A stretch of DNA of 64,000 nt. Origin: Escherichia coli. GTDB lineage: Bacteria > Pseudomonadota > Gammaproteobacteria > Enterobacterales > Enterobacteriaceae. Shown here one piece after another: positions 1 to 11,070 of this stretch. How positions within the stretch are numbered: the stretch's first letter is position 1; each line of letters opens with the position of its first letter. Location: assembly GCF_017348835.2 (NCBI RefSeq), contig NZ_CP071375.1, one strand, 5' to 3'. Position numbers and translations under genes: made by a program. A model generated the notes under the pieces. That model saw only the letters and a list, made by a program, of their open reading frames with translations. It was not told where the DNA came from and made no database searches.

Positions 1-158
1 CCGTCGCTAATGCCTGACACAATGCCAAAAGTATCGAACACAGTCATCGGCGTGAGATAGGCCAGACCCATCATTACCACCTGCCACAATTTCAGTGATT
101 TTCGCAGACGGGTTTTGCCGGGTTGCGCAGCAATATTCAGTGGTGAATTAATAGCCAT
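1..158 (-). CDS. puuP: putrescine importer PuuP, N-terminal fragment (gene continues beyond window start)
   Basis: Minus-strand ATG at 158-156; translation [53 protein letters not shown] recognised as PuuP N-terminus. Confidence 0.8.
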
Positions 159-460
159 AATTGCTGCCTCCCCTGCGTAATAAGGTTTGCGGTCGTGTCG
201 ACCTGAAATCAAACCTGTTTAGCAAGGGAAGCAAAGGGGGCGGAGTCCAGTCAGTAGCAGGAGGGGCGCATACGCAACCTCCCTCGCCATGCGGGGATTT
301 AATCATCGGCATCATCTCATTTCCTCGTCACAGTCTTAATCGTTAACGGAAGCCCGTTGCCGCCTGCGCTCCATAACGCGACATCCGGGAAATGTCTGGA
401 TTACCAGCAAATGTCAGGCCTGGCTCCGCTCAGGCCGATGAAACAACCCCGCAAGGGGTA

Positions 461-1879
461 CTATGCGTTTTTCAACATCCACTCAATTTCTGTTTCTGTG
501 ATGAGGCGCTCAAACTGCAACAGCTCATCATTTTTACAGGCGTGATAGACATGGCAAAACCGTTCGCCTAAATAGCGGCGCAGGTGATCATTCTCGATAA
601 ACTCACCCAGGGCATCGCTCTGGCGAATCGGGAAGGGTAAGCCATCCTGTTCCAGCCCGTTGCCTTCGACTTCTTCCTGCAACGGCAGCTCGTTATCAAG
701 ACCGTGCAAAATACCGGCAAAAATCGCTGCCATCACCAGATATGGGTTGGCATCGGCACCCGCCACGCGATATTCCACGCGGTGATTATGGCGATCGCCG
801 CATGGAATACGCAGGGCGACGGTGCGGTTGTTATGGCCCCACGACGCCTGCGTCGGTACATACATCCCCGGCTGGAAGCGGCGATACGAGTTCACGTTTG
901 GTGCCAGCAACGCCATTGATGACGGCATCAGATCGATCATTCCGGCGAGCATTTTTTTCAGCAGCGGCGAATCTTCGCCTTCCGCGTCAGAAAGCACGTT
1001 CTCGCCACGATTATTTTGCATACTGATATGGATATGCATCCCGCTGCCCGCGTGCTCTTCATACGGCTTCGCCATAAAAGTGGCGTGCATCTTATGCTTT
1101 TCTGCCATCAGACGCACCAGGCGTTTTAGTGCCAGCGCATCATCGCAGGCTTCCAGCACGTTATCGGTATGGTAAAGATTGATTTCAAACTGACCCGGCG
1201 AGGCCTCAGCGACCGCGCCATCTGCCGGAATCAGCTGTAACTGCGCCAGTTCATCAATATCATTGAGCACGTCGGCGAAGTGATTGAGGTTATCAACGGA
1301 GTAAACCTGGCTTTGTGTATTGCGGTCATCGGTGCCGGGCGCGCAGGGCGGTTGCAGATACCCTTCAGCGTCACGCTGGCGATCCAGTAAATAGAACTCC
1401 AGCTCTACCGCTACGACCGGAAACAATCCGCGCTGGCGCAGCTGCTGCCACAGGCGGTTAAGAACGTTCCGCGGCTCAACGTCAAAGGGAGCGCCATCTT
1501 CATCGACCATGGTCAGGAGCATCTGACCGATAAACTCTGGATCGGCGGCAGAAGGGGTTAAGGAACCGAGAACAGGAACACAGGTACGATCCGGCTCGCC
1601 CATTTCCTGACCCAGACCTGCTTCTTCTACTACGTTGCCCAGAATATCCATTGCAAACACCGAGGCCGGGAAATAACATCCTTTCTCGAGCTTCTTCAGG
1701 CTTGAAACAGGAATACGTTTTCCACGGAAGCAACCATTCAAATCGGTAAGTAAAACATCAACATATTGCGTATTCGGGTAGCGCTCCAGGTAGCGTTTCA
1801 CTTCCTGCGTAAAGGCGCTACCCCGCCTCTCTTCTGACTGCTGAACAAAGTTCTCTACTTCAACGATATTGGTTTCCAT
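461..1879 (-). CDS. puuA: gamma-glutamylputrescine synthetase (glutamine synthetase family)
   Basis: 472-aa product from METNIVEVENF inside the 498-aa ORF-track frame; ATG at 1879. Confidence 0.95.
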   Translation of the reverse strand: METNIVEVENFVQQSEERRGSAFTQEVKRYLERYPNTQYVDVLLTDLNGCFRGKRIPVSSLKKLEKGCYFPASVFAMDILGNVVEEAGLGQEMGEPDRTCVPVLGSLTPSAADPEFIGQMLLTMVDEDGAPFDVEPRNVLNRLWQQLRQRGLFPVVAVELEFYLLDRQRDAEGYLQPPCAPGTDDRNTQSQVYSVDNLNHFADVLNDIDELAQLQLIPADGAVAEASPGQFEINLYHTDNVLEACDDALALKRLVRLMAEKHKMHATFMAKPYEEHAGSGMHIHISMQNNRGENVLSDAEGEDSPLLKKMLAGMIDLMPSSMALLAPNVNSYRRFQPGMYVPTQASWGHNNRTVALRIPCGDRHNHRVEYRVAGADANPYLVMAAIFAGILHGLDNELPLQEEVEGNGLEQDGLPFPIRQSDALGEFIENDHLRRYLGERFCHVYHACKNDELLQFERLITETEIEWMLKNA

Positions 1880-2090
1880 GATTCTTCGCCTTTGGTTTGT
1901 TTTCCGCTCGTTATCAAAGCGTAAAATATAATGACCACCATTCGAATCTGTATGCAAACTAAATGTTTGTCAAATGTTAAATTGAGTTTGCAAAAATGAA
2001 AATCCACTGCTAGATTGAAAAAATATTGAACATAAAGGTCATTTAAACCGCAGTAATGGCGATAATTTAGTCCACTTAGTGAGATTGAGC
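1880..2090. promoter_or_regulatory. divergent puuA / puuD promoter-operator region with repeated AAAATAT-ATGA-CA-like motifs (putative PuuR sites)
   Basis: AT-rich divergent intergenic region; motif copies near 1921-1935 and 2020-2032. Confidence 0.45.
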
Positions 2091-2855
2091 ATGGAAAATA
2101 TAATGAACAATCCGGTTATCGGTGTCGTAATGTGCAGGAACAGGCTTAAGGGGCATGCGACCCAGACTCTGCAAGAAAAGTACCTGAATGCCATCATCCA
2201 TGCAGGCGGCTTGCCAATTGCGTTACCACATGCGCTGGCGGAACCGTCCTTACTTGAACAACTTTTGCCGAAACTCGATGGCATTTATCTTCCTGGTAGT
2301 CCCAGCAATGTGCAGCCGCACCTATATGGTGAAAACGGCGATGAGCCTGACGCCGATCCCGGGCGTGATCTTCTGAGCATGGCGTTAATTAATGCCGCAC
2401 TCGAAAGGCGCATCCCCATTTTCGCCATCTGCCGGGGGTTACAGGAACTGGTGGTGGCAACCGGTGGTTCGTTGCATCGCAAGCTGTGCGAACAGCCTGA
2501 ATTGCTGGAACATCGGGAAGATCCCGAACTGCCGGTGGAACAGCAATATGCGCCGTCGCACGAAGTTCAGGTTGAAGAGGGGGGATTACTGTCTGCATTG
2601 TTACCTGAATGTAGCAACTTTTGGGTAAACTCTCTGCATGGACAAGGGGCGAAGGTCGTTAGCCCGCAGTTGCGTGTTGAAGCTCGCTCGCCGGATGGCC
2701 TGGTTGAGGCGGTGAGCGTCATCAATCATCCTTTCGCGCTGGGCGTACAGTGGCACCCGGAATGGAACAGTAGCGAGTACGCGCTTTCGCGTATATTGTT
2801 CGAGGGCTTTATCACCGCTTGTCAGCACCATATCGCTGAAAAACAGCGACTCTGA
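2091..2855 (+). CDS. puuD: gamma-glutamyl-gamma-aminobutyrate hydrolase
   Basis: 254-aa product starting MENIMNNPVIGVVM; class-I glutamine amidotransferase-like. Confidence 0.95.
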   Translation: MENIMNNPVIGVVMCRNRLKGHATQTLQEKYLNAIIHAGGLPIALPHALAEPSLLEQLLPKLDGIYLPGSPSNVQPHLYGENGDEPDADPGRDLLSMALINAALERRIPIFAICRGLQELVVATGGSLHRKLCEQPELLEHREDPELPVEQQYAPSHEVQVEEGGLLSALLPECSNFWVNSLHGQGAKVVSPQLRVEARSPDGLVEAVSVINHPFALGVQWHPEWNSSEYALSRILFEGFITACQHHIAEKQRL

Positions 2856-2881
2856 CCACTACAGTTTAAGGAAATGCAAAT

Positions 2882-3439
2882 ATGAGTGATGAGGGACTGG
2901 CGCCAGGAAAACGCTTGTCGGAAATCCGCCAGCAGCAGGGGCTTTCACAACGTCGTGCCGCCGAACTCTCCGGGCTGACTCACAGTGCTATCAGTACGAT
3001 AGAACAGGATAAAGTCAGCCCTGCCATCAGTACGCTGCAAAAGCTGCTGAAGGTGTATGGTCTGTCACTCTCGGAATTCTTTTCCGAGCCGGAAAAACCT
3101 GATGAGCCGCAGGTCGTCATTAATCAGGACGATTTAATTGAGATGGGCAGTCAGGGTGTGTCAATGAAGCTGGTTCATAACGGTAACCCGAATCGCACGC
3201 TGGCGATGATCTTTGAAACGTACCAGCCTGGCACAACCACTGGGGAAAGAATTAAGCATCAGGGTGAGGAAATAGGCACTGTACTGGAAGGTGAAATTGT
3301 TCTGACGATTAATGGTCAGGATTACCACCTCGTCGCGGGGCAAAGTTATGCCATTAATACCGGCATCCCGCACAGTTTCAGTAATACGTCGGCAGGTATT
3401 TGCCGAATTATCAGCGCCCATACGCCCACCACGTTTTAA
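2882..3439 (+). CDS. puuR: HTH-type repressor of the puu operon
   Basis: 185 aa, N-terminal HTH plus C-terminal cupin, sequence recognised. Confidence 0.95.
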   Translation: MSDEGLAPGKRLSEIRQQQGLSQRRAAELSGLTHSAISTIEQDKVSPAISTLQKLLKVYGLSLSEFFSEPEKPDEPQVVINQDDLIEMGSQGVSMKLVHNGNPNRTLAMIFETYQPGTTTGERIKHQGEEIGTVLEGEIVLTINGQDYHLVAGQSYAINTGIPHSFSNTSAGICRIISAHTPTTF

Positions 3440-3588
3440 TCTTTTTGTTCTGTAAGCCGGGTAAGCGCAATGCGCCCGGCAATCCATAAAGAATGTCGCC
3501 AGAAATAAACGGGCATACGGCCCGGGGATCTCTGCGCCCCGACGTTCACAAACTGCATATATCTGATAGACGTGAAACAGGAGTCATA

Positions 3589-5076
3589 ATGAATTTTCAT
3601 CATCTGGCTTACTGGCAGGATAAAGCGTTAAGTCTCGCCATTGAAACCCGCTTATTTATTAACGGTGAATATACTGCTGCGGCGGAAAATGAAACCTTTG
3701 AAACCGTTGATCCGGTCACCCAGGCACCGCTGGCGAAAATTGCCCGCGGCAAGAGCGTCGATATCGACCGTGCGGTGAGCGCAGCACGCGGCGTATTTGA
3801 ACGCGGCGACTGGTCACTCTCTTCTCCGGCTAAACGTAAAGCGGTACTGAATAAACTCGCCGATTTAATGGAAGCCAACGCCGAAGAGCTGGCACTGCTG
3901 GAAACTCTCGACACCGGCAAACCGATTCGTCACAGTCTGCGTGATGATATTCCCGGCGCGGCGCGCGCCATTCGCTGGTACGCCGAAGCGATCGACAAAG
4001 TGTATGGCGAAGTGGCGACCACCAGTAGCCATGAGCTGGCGATGATCGTGCGTGAACCGGTCGGCGTAATTGCCGCCATTGTACCGTGGAACTTCCCGCT
4101 GCTGCTGACCTGCTGGAAGCTTGGCCCGGCGCTGGCAGCAGGGAACAGCGTTGTCCTGAAACCGTCTGAAAAATCACCGCTCAGTGCGATTCGTCTCGCC
4201 GGGCTGGCTAAAGAGGCAGGCTTGCCGGATGGTGTGTTGAACGTGGTGACGGGTTTTGGTCATGAAGCGGGGCAGGCGCTGTCGCGTCATAACGATATCG
4301 ATGCCATCGCCTTTACCGGTTCAACCCGTACCGGGAAACAGCTGCTGAAAGATGCGGGCGACAGCAACATGAAACGCGTCTGGCTGGAAGCGGGCGGCAA
4401 AAGCGCCAACATCGTTTTCGCTGACTGCCCGGATTTGCAACAGGCGGCAAGCGCCACCGCAGCAGGCATCTTCTACAACCAGGGTCAGGTGTGCATCGCC
4501 GGAACGCGCCTGTTGCTGGAAGAGAGCATAGCTGATGAATTCTTAGCCCTGTTAAAACAGCAGGCGCAAAACTGGCAGCCGGGCCATCCACTTGATCCCG
4601 CAACCACCATGGGCACCTTAATCGACTGCGCCCACGCCGACTCGGTCCATAGCTTTATTCGGGAAGGCGAAAGCAAAGGGCAACTGTTGTTGGATGGCCG
4701 TAACGCCGGGCTGGCTGCCGCCATCGGCCCGACCATCTTTGTGGATGTAGACCCGAATGCGTCCTTAAGCCGCGAAGAGATTTTCGGTCCGGTGCTGGTT
4801 GTCACGCGTTTCACATCAGAAGAACAGGCGCTACAGCTTGCCAACGACAGCCAGTACGGCCTTGGCGCGGCGGTATGGACGCGCGACCTCTCCCGCGCGC
4901 ACCGCCTGAGCCGACGCCTGAAAGCCGGTTCCGTCTTCGTCAATAACTACAACGACGGCGATATGACCGTGCCGTTTGGCGGCTATAAGCAGAGCGGCAA
5001 CGGTCGCGACAAATCCCTGCATGCCCTTGAAAAATTCACCGAACTGAAAACCATCTGGATAAGCCTGGAGGCCTGA
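3589..5076 (+). CDS. puuC: gamma-glutamyl-gamma-aminobutyraldehyde dehydrogenase
   Basis: 495-aa aldehyde dehydrogenase starting MNFHHLAYWQDK; ATG at 3589. Confidence 0.95.
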   Translation: MNFHHLAYWQDKALSLAIETRLFINGEYTAAAENETFETVDPVTQAPLAKIARGKSVDIDRAVSAARGVFERGDWSLSSPAKRKAVLNKLADLMEANAEELALLETLDTGKPIRHSLRDDIPGAARAIRWYAEAIDKVYGEVATTSSHELAMIVREPVGVIAAIVPWNFPLLLTCWKLGPALAAGNSVVLKPSEKSPLSAIRLAGLAKEAGLPDGVLNVVTGFGHEAGQALSRHNDIDAIAFTGSTRTGKQLLKDAGDSNMKRVWLEAGGKSANIVFADCPDLQQAASATAAGIFYNQGQVCIAGTRLLLEESIADEFLALLKQQAQNWQPGHPLDPATTMGTLIDCAHADSVHSFIREGESKGQLLLDGRNAGLAAAIGPTIFVDVDPNASLSREEIFGPVLVVTRFTSEEQALQLANDSQYGLGAAVWTRDLSRAHRLSRRLKAGSVFVNNYNDGDMTVPFGGYKQSGNGRDKSLHALEKFTELKTIWISLEA

Positions 5077-5077
5077 A

Positions 5078-6358
5078 ATGACCGAACATACCAGCAGTTA
5101 CTACGCCGCCAGTGCGAATAAATACGCGCCATTCGACACGCTGAATGAGTCAATTTCCTGCGACGTTTGCGTGGTTGGCGGCGGCTATACCGGGCTGTCT
5201 TCCGCGCTACATCTGGCGGAAGCGGGCTTTGACGTAGTGGTTCTCGAAGCCTCACGCATCGGCTTTGGCGCCAGCGGACGCAACGGCGGGCAGCTTGTAA
5301 ACTCCTACAGCCGCGACATCGACGTGATCGAAAAAAGCTACGGCATGGACACCGCCCGTATGCTCGGCAGCATGATGTTCGAGGGTGGCGAGATCATCCG
5401 CGAACGTATCAAACGCTATCAGATTGACTGCGACTACCGCCCCGGCGGCCTGTTTGTGGCGATGAATGATAAACAGCTCGCCACACTCGAAGAGCAGAAA
5501 GAGAACTGGGAACGCTACGGCAATAAACAGCTGGAGCTGCTGGACGCCAACGCCATTCGCCGCGAGGTCGCCAGCGATCGCTACACTGGTGCGCTGCTGG
5601 ATCACAGCGGCGGGCATATTCACCCGCTGAACCTCGCCATTGGTGAAGCCGATGCCATTCGTCTCAACGGCGGACGTGTGTATGAGCTTTCTGAGGTGAC
5701 GCAGATCCAGCACACCACGCCCGCCGTGGTGCGTACTACCAAAGGCCAGGTGACGGCGAAGTATGTGATTGTCGCCGGGAATGCGTACCTGGGCGATAAA
5801 GTGGAGCCGGAACTGGCGAAGCGTAGTATGCCGTGCGGCACGCAGGTGATCACCACTGAGCGGCTGTCAGAAGATTTAGCCCGTTCGCTGATCCCGAAAA
5901 ACTACTGTGTGGAAGACTGTAACTATCTGCTTGATTACTACCGTCTTACCGCCGACAACCGTTTGCTGTACGGCGGCGGCGTGGTGTACGGCGCCCGCGA
6001 CCCGGATGACGTTGAGCGTCTTGTGGTGCCGAAACTGCTGAAAACCTTCCCGCAGCTGAAGGGCGTGAAAATTGATTACCGCTGGACGGGCAACTTCCTG
6101 CTGACCCTGTCACGGATGCCGCAGTTCGGTCGCCTCGATACCAACATCTATTACATGCAGGGTTACAGCGGCCACGGCGTCACCTGTACCCACCTCGCCG
6201 GGCGTCTGATTGCCGAACTGCTGCGCGGCGACGCCGAACGTTTCGATGCCTTCGCCAATCTGCCGCATTACCCGTTCCCCGGCGGGCGCACGCTGCGCGT
6301 ACCGTTTACCGCGATGGGCGCGGCTTATTACAGCCTGCGCGATCGTCTGGGCGTTTAA
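5078..6358 (+). CDS. puuB: gamma-glutamylputrescine oxidase (FAD-dependent)
   Basis: 426 aa, N-terminal GGGYTG dinucleotide-binding motif. Confidence 0.95.
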   Translation: MTEHTSSYYAASANKYAPFDTLNESISCDVCVVGGGYTGLSSALHLAEAGFDVVVLEASRIGFGASGRNGGQLVNSYSRDIDVIEKSYGMDTARMLGSMMFEGGEIIRERIKRYQIDCDYRPGGLFVAMNDKQLATLEEQKENWERYGNKQLELLDANAIRREVASDRYTGALLDHSGGHIHPLNLAIGEADAIRLNGGRVYELSEVTQIQHTTPAVVRTTKGQVTAKYVIVAGNAYLGDKVEPELAKRSMPCGTQVITTERLSEDLARSLIPKNYCVEDCNYLLDYYRLTADNRLLYGGGVVYGARDPDDVERLVVPKLLKTFPQLKGVKIDYRWTGNFLLTLSRMPQFGRLDTNIYYMQGYSGHGVTCTHLAGRLIAELLRGDAERFDAFANLPHYPFPGGRTLRVPFTAMGAAYYSLRDRLGV

Positions 6359-6395
6359 TTTCCGATTAACAGTGAAGAGTCAAAAGGTGTGAAAC

Positions 6396-7661
6396 ATGAG
6401 CAACAATGAATTCCATCAGCGTCGTCTTTCTGCCACCCCGCGCGGGGTTGGCGTGATGTGTAACTTCTTCGCCCAGTCGGCTGAAAACGCCACGCTGAAG
6501 GATGTTGAGGGCAACGAGTACATCGATTTCGCCGCAGGCATTGCGGTGCTGAATACCGGACATCGCCACCCTGATCTGGTCGCGGCGGTAGAGCAGCAAC
6601 TGCAACAGTTTACCCACACCGCGTACCAGATTGTGCCGTATGAAAGCTACGTCACCCTGGCGGAGAAAATCAACGCCCTTGCCCCGGTGAGCGGGCAGGC
6701 TAAAACTGCGTTCTTCACCACCGGCGCGGAAGCGGTGGAAAACGCGGTGAAAATCGCCCGCGCCCATACCGGACGCCCTGGTGTGATTGCGTTTAGCGGC
6801 GGCTTCCACGGTCGTACGTATATGACTATGGCGTTAACTGGAAAGGTCGCGCCGTACAAAATCGGCTTCGGCCCGTTCCCTGGTTCGGTGTATCACGTAC
6901 CTTATCCGTCAGATTTACACGGCATTTCAACACAGGACTCCCTCGACGCCATCGAACGCTTGTTTAAATCAGACATCGAAGCGAAGCAGGTCGCGGCGAT
7001 TATTTTCGAACCGGTGCAGGGCGAGGGCGGTTTCAACGTTGCACCCAAAGAGCTGGTTGCCGCCATTCGCCGCCTGTGCGACGAGCACGGTATTGTGATG
7101 ATTGCTGATGAAGTGCAAAGCGGCTTTGCGCGTACCGGTAAGCTGTTTGCCATGGATCATTACGCCGATAAGCCGGATTTAATGACGATGGCGAAAAGCC
7201 TCGCGGGCGGGATGCCGCTTTCGGGCGTGGTCGGTAACGCGAATATTATGGACGCACCTGCGCCGGGCGGGCTTGGCGGCACCTACGCCGGTAACCCGCT
7301 GGCGGTGGCTGCCGCGCACGCGGTGCTCAACATTATCGACAAAGAATCACTCTGCGAACGCGCGAATCAACTGGGCCAGCGTCTGACAAACACGCTGATT
7401 GATGCCAAAGAAAGCGTTCCGGCCATCGCGGCGGTACGCGGTCTGGGGTCTATGATTGCGGCAGAGTTTAACGATCCGCAAACGGGCGAGCCGTCAGCGG
7501 CGATTGCACAGAAAATCCAGCAACGCGCGCTGGCGCAGGGACTGCTTCTACTGACCTGTGGCGCATACGGCAACGTGATTCGTTTCCTGTATCCGCTGAC
7601 CATCCCGGATGCGCAATTCGATGCGGCAATGAAAATTTTGCAGGATGCGCTGAGAGATTAA
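6396..7661 (+). CDS. puuE: 4-aminobutyrate aminotransferase
   Basis: 421-aa class-III PLP aminotransferase. Confidence 0.95.
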   Translation: MSNNEFHQRRLSATPRGVGVMCNFFAQSAENATLKDVEGNEYIDFAAGIAVLNTGHRHPDLVAAVEQQLQQFTHTAYQIVPYESYVTLAEKINALAPVSGQAKTAFFTTGAEAVENAVKIARAHTGRPGVIAFSGGFHGRTYMTMALTGKVAPYKIGFGPFPGSVYHVPYPSDLHGISTQDSLDAIERLFKSDIEAKQVAAIIFEPVQGEGGFNVAPKELVAAIRRLCDEHGIVMIADEVQSGFARTGKLFAMDHYADKPDLMTMAKSLAGGMPLSGVVGNANIMDAPAPGGLGGTYAGNPLAVAAAHAVLNIIDKESLCERANQLGQRLTNTLIDAKESVPAIAAVRGLGSMIAAEFNDPQTGEPSAAIAQKIQQRALAQGLLLLTCGAYGNVIRFLYPLTIPDAQFDAAMKILQDALRD

Positions 7662-7688
7662 TACGCAGAAGCAGGGGCAACGCAATAA

Positions 7689-7772
7689 TGCCTGATACGC
7701 TGCGCTTATCAGACCTGCAAACGACGTATTGATTATGTATGCCGGATAAGGCGTTCACGCCGCATCCGGCAA
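7689..7772. repeat. REP (repetitive extragenic palindrome) cluster
   Basis: GCCTGATACGCTGCGCTTATCAG and GCCGGATAAGGCG...CGCATCCGGCA units between convergent puuE and pspF. Confidence 0.6.
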
Positions 7773-7791
7773 GTTGTATTGCCCAACTTCG

Positions 7792-8769
7792 CTAAATCTG
7801 GTGCTTTTTCAACAACGCGCGGAACTGATGATAGGTTAACCCCAGTAATTCAGCCGCGCGCTTCTGGTTATATTTCCCTTGTTGCAAACTGAGTTGCAGC
7901 AACTCTTTTTCCTGCTGCATCTGAAACTCACGTAAATCCAGCGGCAGCGTCGGAAGCGAGGTGGTTTCTGAAACGGCGATGGCTTCTTCAGGTGGACGCC
8001 GTTTAAAGGGATCAATAATGATGTCATCAAGCGGATAATCGCTGGTGCCGTGGCGATACACTGAACGTTCCACCACGTTTTTCAATTCACGAATATTTCC
8101 CGGCCAGCGATAATTCAGCAATGTTTCTCTGGCGTGTTCGGTAAAACCCGGGAACAGAGGCAGCTTGATTTCCCGACACATCTGGATGGCAAAGTGTTCT
8201 GCCATTAACATAATGTCGCTTTCGCGTTCGCGTAGTGGCGGCAGTTGTACAACATCAAAAGCCAGCCGGTCGAGAAGGTCAGCGCGAAAAGTACCTTCAT
8301 TGACCATCGCCGGGAGATCGGCATTCGTCGCGCATACCAACCGCACATTCACCTGCAACGGCTGGCTGCCGCCAACGCGCTCCAGTTCACCGTACTCAAT
8401 CACGCGCAATAATTTTTCCTGCACCATCATCGGTGCTGTAGCGAGTTCATCAAGAAATAGCGTACCGCCGTCGGCACGTTCAAATCTCCCTGGATGACGT
8501 TTTTGCGCACCGGTAAACGCCCCCGCTTCGTGACCAAACAGTTCGGAATCCAGCAGATTTTCATTTAACGCCGCGCAGTTAAGGGAAATAAACGGCCCTT
8601 GCCAACGGGAGGAGAGATAATGCAGGCGGCTGGCGATCAGCTCTTTACCGGTGCCGCGTTCGCCGATGATGAGCACCGGTTTGTCCAGCGGTGCGAGATG
8701 CGAAACCTGTTCCAGCACTTCGAGAAAGCTGTTCGCCTCACCAAGTAAATTATCTTTGTATTCTGCCAT
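7792..8769 (-). CDS. pspF: sigma54-dependent activator of the psp operon
   Basis: 325 aa from MAEYKDN; AAA+ sigma54-interaction domain (GERGTGKE, GAFTGA) and C-terminal HTH. Confidence 0.95.
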   Translation of the reverse strand: MAEYKDNLLGEANSFLEVLEQVSHLAPLDKPVLIIGERGTGKELIASRLHYLSSRWQGPFISLNCAALNENLLDSELFGHEAGAFTGAQKRHPGRFERADGGTLFLDELATAPMMVQEKLLRVIEYGELERVGGSQPLQVNVRLVCATNADLPAMVNEGTFRADLLDRLAFDVVQLPPLRERESDIMLMAEHFAIQMCREIKLPLFPGFTEHARETLLNYRWPGNIRELKNVVERSVYRHGTSDYPLDDIIIDPFKRRPPEEAIAVSETTSLPTLPLDLREFQMQQEKELLQLSLQQGKYNQKRAAELLGLTYHQFRALLKKHQI

Positions 8770-8863
8770 GATGAAATTCGCCACTTGTTAGTGTAATTCG
8801 CTAATTCATCCTGGCATGTTGCTGTTGATTCTTCAATCAGATCTTTATAAATCAAAAAGATAA

Positions 8864-9604
<741 letters not shown>

Positions 9605-9613
9605 TAACATCCA

Positions 9614-9635
9614 GGCGGCGTCCGAAAGCGCCGCC
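9614..9635 (+). other. intercistronic stem-loop between pspA and pspB (GGCGGCG-loop-CGCCGCC), no T-tract
   Basis: Inverted repeat read directly in the sequence; may act as a partial terminator or mRNA stabiliser. Confidence 0.4.
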
Positions 9636-9657
9636 GCTCATCGTCTAAGGAGTACTT

Positions 9658-9882
9658 ATGAGCGCGCTATTTCTGGCTATTCCATTAACCATTTTTGTGC
9701 TGTTTGTTTTACCGATCTGGTTATGGCTGCATTACAGCAATCGTTCTGGTCGCAGTGAATTGTCGCAAAGTGAGCAGCAGCGATTAGCGCAACTGGCTGA
9801 TGAAGCAAAACGGATGCGCGAACGTATTCAGGCGCTGGAATCTATTCTTGATGCAGAACATCCGAACTGGAGGGATCGCTAA
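9658..9882 (+). CDS. pspB: phage shock protein B
   Basis: 74 aa, single transmembrane segment. Confidence 0.95.
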   Translation: MSALFLAIPLTIFVLFVLPIWLWLHYSNRSGRSELSQSEQQRLAQLADEAKRMRERIQALESILDAEHPNWRDR

Positions 9883-10241
9883 TGGCGGGCATTAATCTCA
9901 ATAAAAAATTATGGCGTATTCCACAGCAGGGCATGGTCCGTGGCGTCTGCGCCGGGATTGCCAACTATTTTGATGTACCGGTAAAACTGGTGCGTATCCT
10001 GGTGGTGCTGTCGATTTTCTTCGGTCTGGCGCTGTTTACCCTGGTTGCTTACATCATTTTGTCATTTGCGCTTGATCCAATGCCGGACAACATGGCCTTT
10101 GGTGAGCAGCTACCTTCCAGCAGTGAATTGCTGGATGAAGTCGACCGTGAACTGGCGGCAAGTGAAACGCGTTTACGCGAGATGGAACGTTATGTCACTT
10201 CCGATACATTCACGTTACGTAGCCGTTTCCGTCAACTGTGA
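9882..10241 (+). CDS. pspC: phage shock protein C
   Basis: 119 aa, start overlaps pspB stop. Confidence 0.95.
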
Positions 10242-10249
10242 GGAAAGTT

Positions 10250-10471
10250 ATGAATACTCGCTGGCAACAGGCCGGGCAAAAGGTGAAGCCTGGTTTCAAA
10301 TTAGCAGGCAAGCTGGTACTTCTTACCGCACTGCGCTATGGCCCGGCGGGTGTGGCGGGCTGGGCGATAAAATCAGTTGCTCGCCGACCGCTGAAAATGT
10401 TGCTGGCTGTGGCGCTGGAACCGCTGTTAAGTCGGGCTGCCAATAAACTGGCACAGCGTTATAAAAGGTGA
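10250..10471 (+). CDS. pspD: phage shock protein D
   Basis: 73 aa from [10 protein letters not shown]. Confidence 0.9.
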
Positions 10472-10545
10472 GGGGAGTTTCGCAAAAATTGTTAAATCTC
10501 AGGCCTATAATGGATGGCAATTTTCATCCATAGAAGGACGCTTAC

Positions 10546-10860
10546 ATGTTTAAAAAAGGCTTACTTGCTCTGGCACTGGTGTTTTCACTGCCCGTTTTCG
10601 CCGCTGAACACTGGATCGATGTTCGTGTTCCAGAGCAGTATCAGCAAGAGCACGTTCAGGGGGCCATCAATATTCCCCTGAAGGAAGTGAAAGAGCGCAT
10701 TGCCACCGCCGTTCCGGATAAAAACGACACCGTGAAAGTGTATTGCAATGCCGGACGCCAGTCCGGGCAGGCAAAAGAGATCCTTAGCGAGATGGGATAT
10801 ACCCACGTTGAGAACGCCGGTGGCCTGAAAGACATCGCAATGCCGAAGGTCAAAGGTTAA
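10546..10860 (+). CDS. pspE: thiosulfate sulfurtransferase (rhodanese), periplasmic
   Basis: 104 aa with signal peptide and rhodanese active-site region CNAGRQS. Confidence 0.95.
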   Translation: MFKKGLLALALVFSLPVFAAEHWIDVRVPEQYQQEHVQGAINIPLKEVKERIATAVPDKNDTVKVYCNAGRQSGQAKEILSEMGYTHVENAGGLKDIAMPKVKG

Positions 10861-10875
10861 AAGAATTCACCATGA

Positions 10876-10899
10876 GCGGCGCTTATGCGCCGTTTTTTT
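10876..10899 (+). terminator. Rho-independent terminator after pspE
   Basis: GCGGCGC-TTAT-GCGCCG hairpin followed by a T7 run. Confidence 0.65.
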
Positions 10900-11070
10900 C
10901 TGTCACACCTTATTTACATCCCCATAGATTATTTGCGTCAGCTCACAAATACGCTTTTTCCCTGGTGAAAAATGATTTCCTGCGTGACTAAAACCCTTGT
11001 GCTCAATTGACAGTTTATTTTCTGCGGAGTAGTCTCTCGTTTCATGGGACCGCTACCACGGAAAGGCAAC

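Noticed and set aside
704-1175. Plus-strand ORFs of 71-117 aa inside puuA (704-919, 742-1026, 822-1175)
   Set aside because: They lie antisense within a well-supported gene and have no RBS or recognisable motifs; shadow ORFs. The same applies to the many other antisense ORFs in the track, for example 5252-5713, 15884-16636, 17330-17761, 39041-39418 and 44708-45253.
7689-7772. REP clusters (here and at 23722-23800, 52096-52170) considered as possible CRISPR-like repeats
   Set aside because: The units are imperfect palindromes of the REP/BIME type at convergent gene ends, without regular spacers or adjacent cas genes.
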